A stretch of DNA of 64,000 nt from NCBI GenBank assembly GCA_036170995.1, contig JAVHQF010000147.1:15632-79631 (forward strand). Reading direction: 5' to 3'. The first letter of the stretch is position 1. Every line of letters starts with the position of its first letter. The translations under genes and the position numbers were made by a program. The DNA comes from Sideroxydans sp. (lineage in GTDB: Bacteria > Pseudomonadota > Gammaproteobacteria > Burkholderiales > Gallionellaceae). This document shows, piece by piece, positions 48,784-58,090 of this stretch. The notes below the pieces were generated by a model. It made no database searches and was not told the origin of the DNA. It saw nothing but the letters and a program-made list of their open reading frames with translations.

Positions 48784-49203
48784 ATGAGTAAAAAAATAAT
48801 GAGAGCTAATTTCCTGAACTTCGGACCAACTTCCGCCAGGAAGGAAATCCAGGTTCAAAAGTCATTTGATGCACTGATCACGAAAGGAAAAGCAATCGAT
48901 GTGACCGGCCTATCGGGAATCCATTTCCCCAAAGCGCGGGTGGCCATCGAGACATCTGTTTACGAACAGCACGTTGCTTGGCCAAACAGTGCTATGCGTC
49001 AACACATGATCTACCTTGAAGAATCAACGCGATTGAACAAAGTATTGCGAGCAGCCCGTGGTGTTAGCCATCACGAATCGCCAGCTGAATTCGTACATCG
49101 CGGCCTTGCGTGTGATGCATGCACCGACAAAGACGTTCGTTACAGCTTCGTGCTTGAACGCTTTGACGATCCTGCGTTCACTGGCTGGCTGATTCGTCAG
49201 TAG
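48784..49203 (+). CDS. Hypothetical protein
   Basis: GGGAG RBS, 139 aa, followed by a terminator-like hairpin at 49220-49243. Confidence 0.6.
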   Translation: MSKKIMRANFLNFGPTSARKEIQVQKSFDALITKGKAIDVTGLSGIHFPKARVAIETSVYEQHVAWPNSAMRQHMIYLEESTRLNKVLRAARGVSHHESPAEFVHRGLACDACTDKDVRYSFVLERFDDPAFTGWLIRQ

Positions 49204-49360
49204 GTCATTTGAAACCATCGGCTCCCTCCCAGAGGGGGCTTTCTCAAAGGCTTTCATGAGAGCGTTTGAGAAAGGCATCAAGCCGAATAGATCGAATGAG
49301 GGCTTCGGCTTTCACGATGCGTTGTAACAGGCATACCTGTTGACAGCGCCGAAACTTTTT

Positions 49361-49438
49361 CCACCAAGCGGGGACTCGCAAATCCCCGTAAGGGGAAATG
49401 CGTGTTCCTTCAATTTTTAATTTAGTTGGAGTAACACG
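49361..49438 (+). promoter_or_regulatory. Dispersed leader element, copy 7
   Basis: gggactcgca-aa-tcccc-gtaa-gggga-aa-tgcgtgttcc; cgtgttccttcaa pairs with ttggagtaacacg before the ATG. Confidence 0.65.
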
Positions 49439-52400
49439 ATGGGAATATCCCAAATTGCAAGCACATCAAATCGGACTTCGGTCTGGTTGGATGGTTTCAG
49501 CATTAATGACTTCATGGTTCCTTCTGCAAAGACGGAAATCGCAGAGGCTGCAAGTGCTGTTGCTAAAGTTGTTTTTGAAATGGAGGCCAGCATTACCGCG
49601 GGTCCGAGTTTCACCACAGAGGAAGCCATTGAGCAATCGTTTGGCATGGATGCAGCACTCCAGGAATGGGCAGCTACCTCCAACAATCTTACAGACTGGA
49701 CTGACCGAAAGTCAGCCTGGCCACAGATTGATCCAATTGACTACAAGCCGAATCTGTCAGCAGAGGCTCGTATTGTTGACAACTTAACAGCAGTCAAACT
49801 GTTGCGTGAGTTGCAAAGTACGAAACGTGAAGTCACAAATGAAGATCGAACAGTACTGTTGAAGTATTGTGGCTGGGGTGGTTTGGCCCGTCTGTTCACA
49901 CCAGATGGTTCGATTCGCCACAGTCTTGCTGATCAGCGAGATGAACTCGCAGCACTGACAAGTGAAAGCGAATTCGCATCAATGCTTGCCTCGATCACTT
50001 CGGCCTATTACACCGACCCAGCTGTGGTTAGTGCAATGTGGAAAATTGTTCAGCAGCTAGGGTTTCAAGGCGGTCGTGTCTTGGAGCCTACTGCCGGTGT
50101 TGGTCATTTTCTTGCGGGCATGCCCTCGGAGTTGGCCATGAAATCGGAGATATCGGCTGTAGAACTGGACACGATCAGTGCTGGAATGTTGGAGGCATCA
50201 TTCGCGCCTCTCGGCGTTCAAGTGCATGCGTCCGCTCTTGAAAAAGCGCACTTGCCGGTCGCGTTCTATGACTTGGTTATTGGCAATGTGCCATTCGGCG
50301 ATCATCGGTCGCTAGACACATCCGTTGCTGAGTATGCAAATTGGTCGATACACAATTGGGTTCTCGGCAAGTCCGTGGATCTCGTGCGTCCTGGTGGCCT
50401 GATCGCTCTGATCACTACCAGGCACAGTCTCGACAGCGTAACTGATAGCCATCGGAAATGGCTGTCAGCACATACTGAACTCGTGACCGCTTTCAGGTTG
50501 CCAACGATGGCCTTCAAAAGCCAGGCAAACACTGAAGCAGTAACGGACATTCTTGTGCTCAAGCGCCGTGAAACACCGGACTACAAAGCAACGGAATGGA
50601 TCAATCTGGGCAAAGCAACGCCGCAGATGCTCAAACACGGGCAGGAACTTACTAAATACGGACACCTATATGGCAACCGGATTGATCGAGACCTGACCAT
50701 CAACAGCTACTACGTGCGTAACCCCGAAAACGTGCTTGGTCAGTTGGTGTTTGAGTCCACGCAGTATGGTGAATCATTGAATCCAGTATTCAGTGGTACT
50801 TCATCTGAACTGGAAGAGCAACTGCAGAAGCGGATCGCCTCACTGCCGTCGAACATTTTCAAAGCCAGAGTTGAAGACTCTGACTCTACTTCTCGTAATG
50901 GCATGCAGCGATACGAGGTAGACGGCTTTATTACGCCGGGTTCGATGGTCTTGAAAGACGGACACATTTGTGTTTCTGAGGGTGATGAGCTCTTGGATAT
51001 TGACTCCATCTACATCGGTACAGCACGCAAGCGCTTACTGGGGATGATGGAAGTTAGAGATTGCGCCGTAGCAGTGATCGAGTTTCAAGCCAAGTCGCAA
51101 GACGACGCTGAACTTGGCCGCCTGCAAAAGATTCTCAACGGTACCTACGATGCGTTCGTCGCTTCAATGGGTTATTTGAGCACCAGCGCAAATGCAAAGC
51201 TGATGAGGTCAGATCCGTCATGGCCCTTGATGCTGGCTTTGGAAATTTGGGAAGGAGAAGAAGAGAAGGCTGTAAAAGCTGACATTTTCTTCAAGCGCAC
51301 CGTGGGCCACAGGAAAGTGCCGGACAAAGTTGACAACGTCAAAGACGCAATGTTGATCAGTTTGGCAGAGTACGGAAAGATTGTTTTGAGCGACATTGCA
51401 ACCCGTACCGGCATGCCGGTGATGCAGGTTGTGAAGGAGTTCGGAGCTGAGGCGATTGCCTTTCGTGACCCCGAGTTGAGTCGTTGGGTTCCAACAGATG
51501 AATACCTGTCGGGACACATCCGCGACAAGATTGCAGCTGCGAAAGCGGCTGGACCAGCCTACGCTGCTAATGTTCCAGCACTGGAAGCTGTGTTACCCAC
51601 AGACCTGACTCCGTCTGAGGTGGAGGCCAGGTTGGGTGCACCATGGATTCCTGTAGATGTCATTGCGCAGTTTGCATGTGAGTTGGTTAATGCAAATAAG
51701 GATGCTGTTGAGGCAGTGTTCGAAGCTCAATCGGCAACTTGGAGTTTGAAGCACACCGGCTGGAGAATTGAATTCGTTGGTGACCATGTGTTGCAGACAT
51801 CTCAGTGGGGCACAGCCAAGCGTTGTGCTCTAACACTGTTGGAAGGCGCATTAAATCAACAGCCACCGACGATTACTGTTGAAATAGACGGTAAGCGAGT
51901 GACTGACCGCATGGCAACTTTGGCTGCTCGCGAAAAGTGGCAGTCCATTCGTGATCACTTCCGTAAGTGGGTCTACCAAGACCCAGCACGGTGCGAAAGG
52001 TTGCTGCGTATCTACAACGATGCCTTCAACCAGATCGTCAATCGAAAGTTTGACGGATCACATTTGACGCTTCCGGGAATGTCAGAGGTAGTTGTGCCGT
52101 ATGCACATCAGAAGGATGCGATATGGCGCATTGTGGTCAACGGCAACACCCTGCTGGCGCATTGCGTTGGTGCGGGAAAGACGTTGGTCATGTGTGCAGC
52201 GGCAATGGAGTTGCGCAGGCTCGGAAAAGCTTCGAAGATTCTGCACGTCGTGCCGAACCATTGCCTTGAGCAATATTGTGGCGAGATGGTTAGGCTTTAT
52301 CCGCAAGCAAAGGTGTTGATGGCGAGCAAGGATGATCTGCACGGTGTAAACCGCAAGACATTCGCCAATCGCGTGGCTTGTGGGGACTACGATAGTGTGG

Positions 52401-54562
52401 TTATGACTCAGTCAACCTTCGAGAGGTTGATGTTGTCACCCGCTGTTCAGCAAAACTTCATCAACAAGCTGCTAGCTGAAGCGCGAGTTGCAGAGCAAAT
52501 GTCAAAAGACTCAGGTGCCAAACGCTCTCTCAAAGAGATCGAGAAGCGCATGAAGGATATTGAAGCTCGACTGGAACGGTTGGCGGCAGCTGGTAAGAAA
52601 GATGCTGACACTGTTTGGTTTGATGAACTGGGTATTGACTACGTCTTTGCGGACGAAGCACATGCCTACAAAAACATGCCACGCATTTCAAAGATGCCAC
52701 GCATGGCAGGACTACCGAATGTGTCATCGCAGCGTGCCTTTGATGTCTTCATGAAAACGCGAGTAATCATGGATCAACATGGAGGAAGAGAAGAAGGAGT
52801 GGTTTTTGCTACCGCAACGCCGCTTTCGAACTCACTTGCTGAGCTACACACGATGCAGGTATTCCTGCAGCCATTAACGCTGAAGAAACTTGGCTTGTAC
52901 GAGTTCGACGCGTGGAGTGCTAGCTTTGGAGAGAGCGTTACAGGTATTGAGCTTTCTCCAGATGGAGGAGGGTATCGGATCAACACCAGGTATTGCCGTT
53001 TTGTGAATATTCCAGAACTGATGGCGATATTCAGAGGTGTTGCAGACATTCGCACCAAGCGAATGTTGAACCTTCCCACACCAAAAATTGAGGGTGGCAA
53101 GCCTTTGACCATGGTGGCTCAGCCAAGTGAAGAATTGCTGGGGATTGTTGCCGGACTTGTTGAGCGGGCTGAAAAGATTCGCTCTGGTACGGTCAGGCCG
53201 GAAGATGACAACATGCTCAAAGTGACCAATGTTGGCCGTAATGCCGCGTTGGATGTAAGGCTTGTTGACCCACTTTTCCCGTTTGATCCGAACTGCAAAT
53301 TAGCCATTGCAACTGACAACATGGTGAGGATCTGGAAGCAGAGCCATGCAACCAATGGGACTCAGTTGGTGTTCTCTGATTTGGGGACACCGAATGGAAA
53401 GGGATTCAATGTCTACGATGAGGTCAAGAGACTTCTGATTGACAAAGGTGTTCCTGCTGAGGAAATTGAGTTCATCCACGATCACGACAGCGACCGAGCG
53501 AAAGCGAAGTTGTTCAAGCGGGTCAATGATGGAGCTGTGCGTTTTCTTCTCGGTTCAACGTCCAAAATGGGCACAGGAACCAACGTGCAGAAGCGATTGA
53601 AAGCTGTACATCAGTTAGATGCTCCGTGGGTGCCATCCTCCGTTGAACAACGTGATGGTCGTGCGGATCGGCAGGGCAACCTGAACGACACAATCGAACT
53701 GTGGCGATATGTGACTGAGCGAAGCTTCGATGCGTATTCCTGGAACTTGCTGAACGTCAAAGCCACTTTCATCGAACAGGTGATGACGGCCGAATCGGGA
53801 CTGCGTTCTGTGGAAGACATATCGATGTCTACCTTGAGTTATGCAGAAATCAAGGCTATTGCCTCGGGGAATCCCCTGGTGATGGAAAAGGTCACGGTTG
53901 ATATGGACGTGCAGAAGCTAACGCTTTTGCGCTCACAGTGGGAAGACGATCGTTGGTCATTGGGCCGGCGCGAATCGAACCTCGTAAGTCGGTTGGCGTT
54001 TATTGACAAAAACATGGGGAACATGGAGTTGGATGCGAATCTTGCCGAAAAGGCATTAGCGTCGAACCCTGTTTTCGAGCCGTGTACTTCGATTGGTGAC
54101 AAGGCAGTCGAAACATTAGGCAATGGAGCTCAAGGCTTGGCTGGTGCGTTCCGTGCGCATTCGCACCGGGGCGGTACAGGTGGTCAATATTTGGTGATCG
54201 GAAAGTTTGGCGGCTTTGTCGTTGAATACGTGAAGGCCATCAGTGATTCAGACCTGTATTTGGTGGGGCAACATTCAGGCGCAGCAGTGCGTGTGGATCG
54301 ACCCCACATTAACGATTTGGTTGGAGTGGGGAAGGCAGTAGAAACAACCCTCCACAAAATCATGAAGACTCCAGCCGTTTTGCGTAGTGAATATGGCGAA
54401 AAGTCAAACGAACTTGCCACTACACGCAGGTTGATGGCCCAGGAATTTGATCAAGCGGATAAGTTGGATGCTTTGCTCCAGCGGCAACGCGAAATTGAAT
54501 CTGAGCTTGACCTGGACAAAGATGCTGAAGGTAGCCAGAACATGGTCACCGAAACAGCTTGA
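49439..54562 (+). CDS. DarB-like N6-adenine methyltransferase/SNF2 helicase fusion
   Basis: Y.GWGGL, AYYT, EPTAGVGHF (SAM motif I), IGNVPF (motif IV), LGAPWIP, Walker A HCVGAGKT, DEAH, ATATP, GTGTNVQ, QRDGR..RQGN. Confidence 0.9.
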   Translation: MGISQIASTSNRTSVWLDGFSINDFMVPSAKTEIAEAASAVAKVVFEMEASITAGPSFTTEEAIEQSFGMDAALQEWAATSNNLTDWTDRKSAWPQIDPIDYKPNLSAEARIVDNLTAVKLLRELQSTKREVTNEDRTVLLKYCGWGGLARLFTPDGSIRHSLADQRDELAALTSESEFASMLASITSAYYTDPAVVSAMWKIVQQLGFQGGRVLEPTAGVGHFLAGMPSELAMKSEISAVELDTISAGMLEASFAPLGVQVHASALEKAHLPVAFYDLVIGNVPFGDHRSLDTSVAEYANWSIHNWVLGKSVDLVRPGGLIALITTRHSLDSVTDSHRKWLSAHTELVTAFRLPTMAFKSQANTEAVTDILVLKRRETPDYKATEWINLGKATPQMLKHGQELTKYGHLYGNRIDRDLTINSYYVRNPENVLGQLVFESTQYGESLNPVFSGTSSELEEQLQKRIASLPSNIFKARVEDSDSTSRNGMQRYEVDGFITPGSMVLKDGHICVSEGDELLDIDSIYIGTARKRLLGMMEVRDCAVAVIEFQAKSQDDAELGRLQKILNGTYDAFVASMGYLSTSANAKLMRSDPSWPLMLALEIWEGEEEKAVKADIFFKRTVGHRKVPDKVDNVKDAMLISLAEYGKIVLSDIATRTGMPVMQVVKEFGAEAIAFRDPELSRWVPTDEYLSGHIRDKIAAAKAAGPAYAANVPALEAVLPTDLTPSEVEARLGAPWIPVDVIAQFACELVNANKDAVEAVFEAQSATWSLKHTGWRIEFVGDHVLQTSQWGTAKRCALTLLEGALNQQPPTITVEIDGKRVTDRMATLAAREKWQSIRDHFRKWVYQDPARCERLLRIYNDAFNQIVNRKFDGSHLTLPGMSEVVVPYAHQKDAIWRIVVNGNTLLAHCVGAGKTLVMCAAAMELRRLGKASKILHVVPNHCLEQYCGEMVRLYPQAKVLMASKDDLHGVNRKTFANRVACGDYDSVVMTQSTFERLMLSPAVQQNFINKLLAEARVAEQMSKDSGAKRSLKEIEKRMKDIEARLERLAAAGKKDADTVWFDELGIDYVFADEAHAYKNMPRISKMPRMAGLPNVSSQRAFDVFMKTRVIMDQHGGREEGVVFATATPLSNSLAELHTMQVFLQPLTLKKLGLYEFDAWSASFGESVTGIELSPDGGGYRINTRYCRFVNIPELMAIFRGVADIRTKRMLNLPTPKIEGGKPLTMVAQPSEELLGIVAGLVERAEKIRSGTVRPEDDNMLKVTNVGRNAALDVRLVDPLFPFDPNCKLAIATDNMVRIWKQSHATNGTQLVFSDLGTPNGKGFNVYDEVKRLLIDKGVPAEEIEFIHDHDSDRAKAKLFKRVNDGAVRFLLGSTSKMGTGTNVQKRLKAVHQLDAPWVPSSVEQRDGRADRQGNLNDTIELWRYVTERSFDAYSWNLLNVKATFIEQVMTAESGLRSVEDISMSTLSYAEIKAIASGNPLVMEKVTVDMDVQKLTLLRSQWEDDRWSLGRRESNLVSRLAFIDKNMGNMELDANLAEKALASNPVFEPCTSIGDKAVETLGNGAQGLAGAFRAHSHRGGTGGQYLVIGKFGGFVVEYVKAISDSDLYLVGQHSGAAVRVDRPHINDLVGVGKAVETTLHKIMKTPAVLRSEYGEKSNELATTRRLMAQEFDQADKLDALLQRQREIESELDLDKDAEGSQNMVTETA

Positions 54563-54568
54563 TACTTA

Positions 54569-54597
54569 GCCCTCTGCAATGCAGAGGGTTTTTTTTT
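54569..54597 (+). terminator. Intrinsic terminator
   Basis: gccctctgc-aat-gcagagggt followed by T run. Confidence 0.8.
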
Positions 54598-55014
54598 GGT
54601 TCCTCATGGGCTGGAGGCGGACTTTTGTATCAGCTTGGGTGGCGTTTTTTGGTTTGAAACAAGCACTGAACAGAGCTGCGACTTGGTCAAAGTCAACGAA
54701 GACTACTAAACCACGCAGGAATGCTGTCTCGGCCGTGCCAGAACCGGCCTTAAGGTCTGCAGGGGGTGCGTTGCTGGAGGGGCATCAACTGCCAGGCGAA
54801 GCATTACCGCGATACCAATTCAGGCTGGCACATTGAGTACTGGGTCTGAGACTGTTTGAGCCGGAATGCTCTACTTTGTGGGGGTGAGGGCCGGATAAAC
54901 CGCAGTGACTAAGGACGGGCAACCGTTCCATGTTGGCCATGACCAGCCGTCATAGGCAATCATCGCACCTTGAGGTCGATGAGAGTAACAACCGAATCCT
55001 GCGGCCGGGCGAAC

Positions 55015-56361
55015 TCAGTGGAGTCGCAATGCATCGGAACACACCAAGTCCTGACGCACATTGATTCGACACATAGCATCGCGAACTTTCATGATGACGA
55101 CAGCAAGTTGCTCAATCCGTTTAGCGTGTGCCGGGCGCAAGCTCTCAGATGCTTCAAAAGTCAGTTCGCTGATGTTTTTCAATGCTTCCAACTCTTTATT
55201 GTAATTCCGGTAGATCTTGCGCAGGATGTTGAGGTTTGTCTTGGTACCCAAACTGGCAATTTGCGGCATCAGTGGGTCCAGCTCAGCGCGCATCTTGGCG
55301 AATTGAGCCGGAGAAATGCTTAATTTGCTGTAAACAGTGGTCAGTTCGGCATTGCTGCGCAGCAAGTGGGCCAACAATGTCGATCCCAAAAAAGTCTTCA
55401 CGTCACGTTCACGTATTCCAAAAGACTTGATGTCATCGCCGTACCCGCGGGCGAATGCAAGCGCGACGGACTTTTGCTGGCTCAACTTGTGTTCTGTGCG
55501 AGCGATCAAATTCAACGCCATCAACTCACCGCGTTGACGTGATGAGAGCAACTTTCGATTGGTCAAGCTAATTTGCTCAGAAGCCCATTCGCGCAGATGA
55601 GCAGGTGTTGCAAGATCGATGCGACCGCGAAATGCTGGGCAGTTTTGTGTTGCTATGCGAAATTCCGCTGCGCGGGCCCACCAGCCGTACTGATTACTCG
55701 GAATGCAGGCATCACCTGGTCGCAGCCATTGGCCATAGGTGAAACCTGTCAACTGAGCGGCAATGGTTCGCATCCGTTTGGACATACCGCTGGCGCGGTA
55801 GCTGTCCAGCAAACGGGTTTGCCACAGTTGCAGTCCCTCACTGGAATCCTCGCTGAGGTTGTACGTGCCGTGCTGGTCAAAGTGCTGGCGTAATTGCCCG
55901 ATTAAGCATTCATCGTTCATGCGTTGTCCGCGCCCGGTGTTGTCAGCTCGGTATTGGGACAGTTCAATACCGTGTCTGGCCAACAGTTCGCTTGACTTCT
56001 TGCTCAGTTTGTTTTTTTTATGCATGTTCACCTGGTAGCAGAACCAGTTACGCAGGCTACGGTAGTGGGAAGTGTCTGGGGGCAAGGTCACGCCGTTTTC
56101 TTTGACCCAGTGAGCGGCCCATGCCCATGCATTTTCAAATTCAGCCGGAATGCCTTTGGCCTTGGTGTGCAATGCCTTATTGACGTGCTTTGCCAATTTT
56201 TTGGGAATTTCGACCTCAGGGGCTTTGATATCCAAGGCATGAGAGGCACGATCGTCGTGTGTGCTTTGAGTTAAGCGATCAAAGCTTTGCAGGGCTTGGC
56301 TAAGTGTTTCGAACGGTGTTTGTGATGCGTTGTTTCTTGCACGCGAAAGGGATGTGGTCAT
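55015..56361 (-). CDS. Protein with about three helicase-associated (HA-like) repeats and no helicase
   Basis: Repeats of W......W..E.G..LP.......L.NW...Q.......KLS.....L...GI; GGAG RBS. Confidence 0.65.
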   Translation of the reverse strand: MTTSLSRARNNASQTPFETLSQALQSFDRLTQSTHDDRASHALDIKAPEVEIPKKLAKHVNKALHTKAKGIPAEFENAWAWAAHWVKENGVTLPPDTSHYRSLRNWFCYQVNMHKKNKLSKKSSELLARHGIELSQYRADNTGRGQRMNDECLIGQLRQHFDQHGTYNLSEDSSEGLQLWQTRLLDSYRASGMSKRMRTIAAQLTGFTYGQWLRPGDACIPSNQYGWWARAAEFRIATQNCPAFRGRIDLATPAHLREWASEQISLTNRKLLSSRQRGELMALNLIARTEHKLSQQKSVALAFARGYGDDIKSFGIRERDVKTFLGSTLLAHLLRSNAELTTVYSKLSISPAQFAKMRAELDPLMPQIASLGTKTNLNILRKIYRNYNKELEALKNISELTFEASESLRPAHAKRIEQLAVVIMKVRDAMCRINVRQDLVCSDALRLH

Positions 56362-56841
56362 GGGAGCTCTCCAGTGTTTTTGATGAATCGACCGTCGATT
56401 CCCGAAGCACTTGCACTGGCTTTTTGGCGTGCAAATGCTTCGGGAATCGGCCCAGGGCAGGGCAGATGTGATCGCAAGGGGAGGTGGCCAGCAGACGTGG
56501 CAGTGCTATCGCATGGAAGTACGATGCGCACGGGTTAGATGCAAGACAGACAGGCGCACGAATGCACGCCATGGCAGTTCAAAAATTCAAACGGAGGGGC
56601 ATTCGAACCAGAACAGTTCGAATGCATACCAAGACCGAGTAGACGGTTCGCTATGCTTAGGTTTAGGTGGGCACATGGCTCACAAACAACCGCTTTGCTC
56701 TATGTGTTGCAGCGCCTAGCAGTTGTATGGCTATGAGTTTACAGCAGATTGCATCGCATGCGAACATAGTAATAAATGTTCGATCTACACACATACCGGT
56801 TTAATATACGTGCTCCGACTTTCGCCTCCTGCACGCGTACG

Positions 56842-56962
56842 CCCCCCCCCCCACCTTGATAAACCTCCCCCCCTCCTTTACCCCACCTCACATGCGAGCG
56901 CCGACGCAGCAGCGAGGCAGGACTGGTACGGGTGGCAAAGGTTTATCAGGATGGGAGGGGGT
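56842..56962. repeat. Imperfect inverted repeat with C11/C7 homopolymers
   Basis: tgataaacct (56857-56866) pairs with aggtttatca (56939-56948), extended by the C run pairing with gggaggggg. Confidence 0.6.
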
Positions 56963-56996
56963 TGCAGATCACTAATATTGGTGTAGATTGAACATT

Positions 56997-57629
56997 ATGA
57001 ACACCAAACCATCAACCTACCCAGACCCCCCTCCCCACCAGCTCGCGGACTGGATGCATCAGCAGTTCATCAACCGCGCAGCACCCTCTCACATGTCCAG
57101 CAATGGACCTTGGCCAGACTCCAATCTTGCCCACGTGCTTTCGCACAGCTCACAAACACCCATCGACCTCACATTCAGCCGACACGAAGTCAAACAGGGT
57201 AGGGTGGGAGCGGCCATAGATCGACTGATGGACCTGACCGACACACCATCCGCCTGTGCCCGCAATTTAAGCCGTATGCGCCTGGCATTCACAGGCTATG
57301 AGCGCTATCAGCTGGAAATAGCCCAGATACCGGAAATTGCCCACTACTTCCAAGCAATCACCGCACATTGGCCCTACTGGATGCATTTCTTGAGCCCACA
57401 GGCGGACAACATCGCAACTTTGCTCAACCTGACCTTCAAACCACTGAGCGTCAAAGTCGATGGTGGTCGCGTGAATTCACATATTTTGCTGACTGAACCA
57501 GCAATCCTCAATTTTCAAAACATGACACGGGCCACAATCAACCTGCATAACTGCATGGGAGCCCCACAACACATCACAGCAACCATGGGTTCTCAGCTAC
57601 GCCATGCGCTGTGTCTGCTGCTCGCATAA
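56997..57629 (+). CDS. CRR6-like domain protein
   Basis: L.F.GY......I..IPEI..YF..I...WPYW.HFL signature. Confidence 0.6.
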   Translation: MNTKPSTYPDPPPHQLADWMHQQFINRAAPSHMSSNGPWPDSNLAHVLSHSSQTPIDLTFSRHEVKQGRVGAAIDRLMDLTDTPSACARNLSRMRLAFTGYERYQLEIAQIPEIAHYFQAITAHWPYWMHFLSPQADNIATLLNLTFKPLSVKVDGGRVNSHILLTEPAILNFQNMTRATINLHNCMGAPQHITATMGSQLRHALCLLLA

Positions 57630-57637
57630 ACAAGATC

Positions 57638-58090
57638 ATGGCAACCACCTATCAATTTCATCCAGAGAACACCACACCGCTTGGCGACTGGATTTGGGTT
57701 TTTGCATCCAACAAAGCAGGCATGCACAACAGGGGCAATGCCAAGGTCGCACGACTAAACTTTCGTGCGACTAACGGGGTGGGTTCCGGACCAACTGGTA
57801 ATGCGTACGCATTACCAGTTTTCGATGCGAACCTGAAACTGCTACCACTCAATCAAATTCGCCAAGAAATCCATGCTTTCTTGGACTACGCTCAAAACAG
57901 ACCAGAGGCCAATTTCTTCGTAACCCGAATTGCGTGTGCGCCAGGACAGTTTTCGGATGTGACGATGGCAAGCATGTTCGCCGGTGCAAGTGCAAATTGC
58001 TCACTGCCACAAGCCTGGCTGCCTTTCATACTGAAACACCCCCCCACAAGCCCCCGGTCCGAACCAATCACCACAAAGGAGGCATCGTGA
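57638..58090 (+). CDS. Macro-domain-like protein (A1S_2505 family-like)
   Basis: IWVFASN.AG.H..G.A..A...F.A..G.G.G..G.AYALP......I...I..F..YA...P...F.VT.IAC. Confidence 0.7.
   Translation: MATTYQFHPENTTPLGDWIWVFASNKAGMHNRGNAKVARLNFRATNGVGSGPTGNAYALPVFDANLKLLPLNQIRQEIHAFLDYAQNRPEANFFVTRIACAPGQFSDVTMASMFAGASANCSLPQAWLPFILKHPPTSPRSEPITTKEAS

Noticed and set aside
56761-56782. LexA/SOS box
   Set aside because: Does not match the proteobacterial CTGT-N8-ACAG, and spacing differs from the Gram-positive CGAAC-N4-GTTCG; kept only as an unexplained dyad
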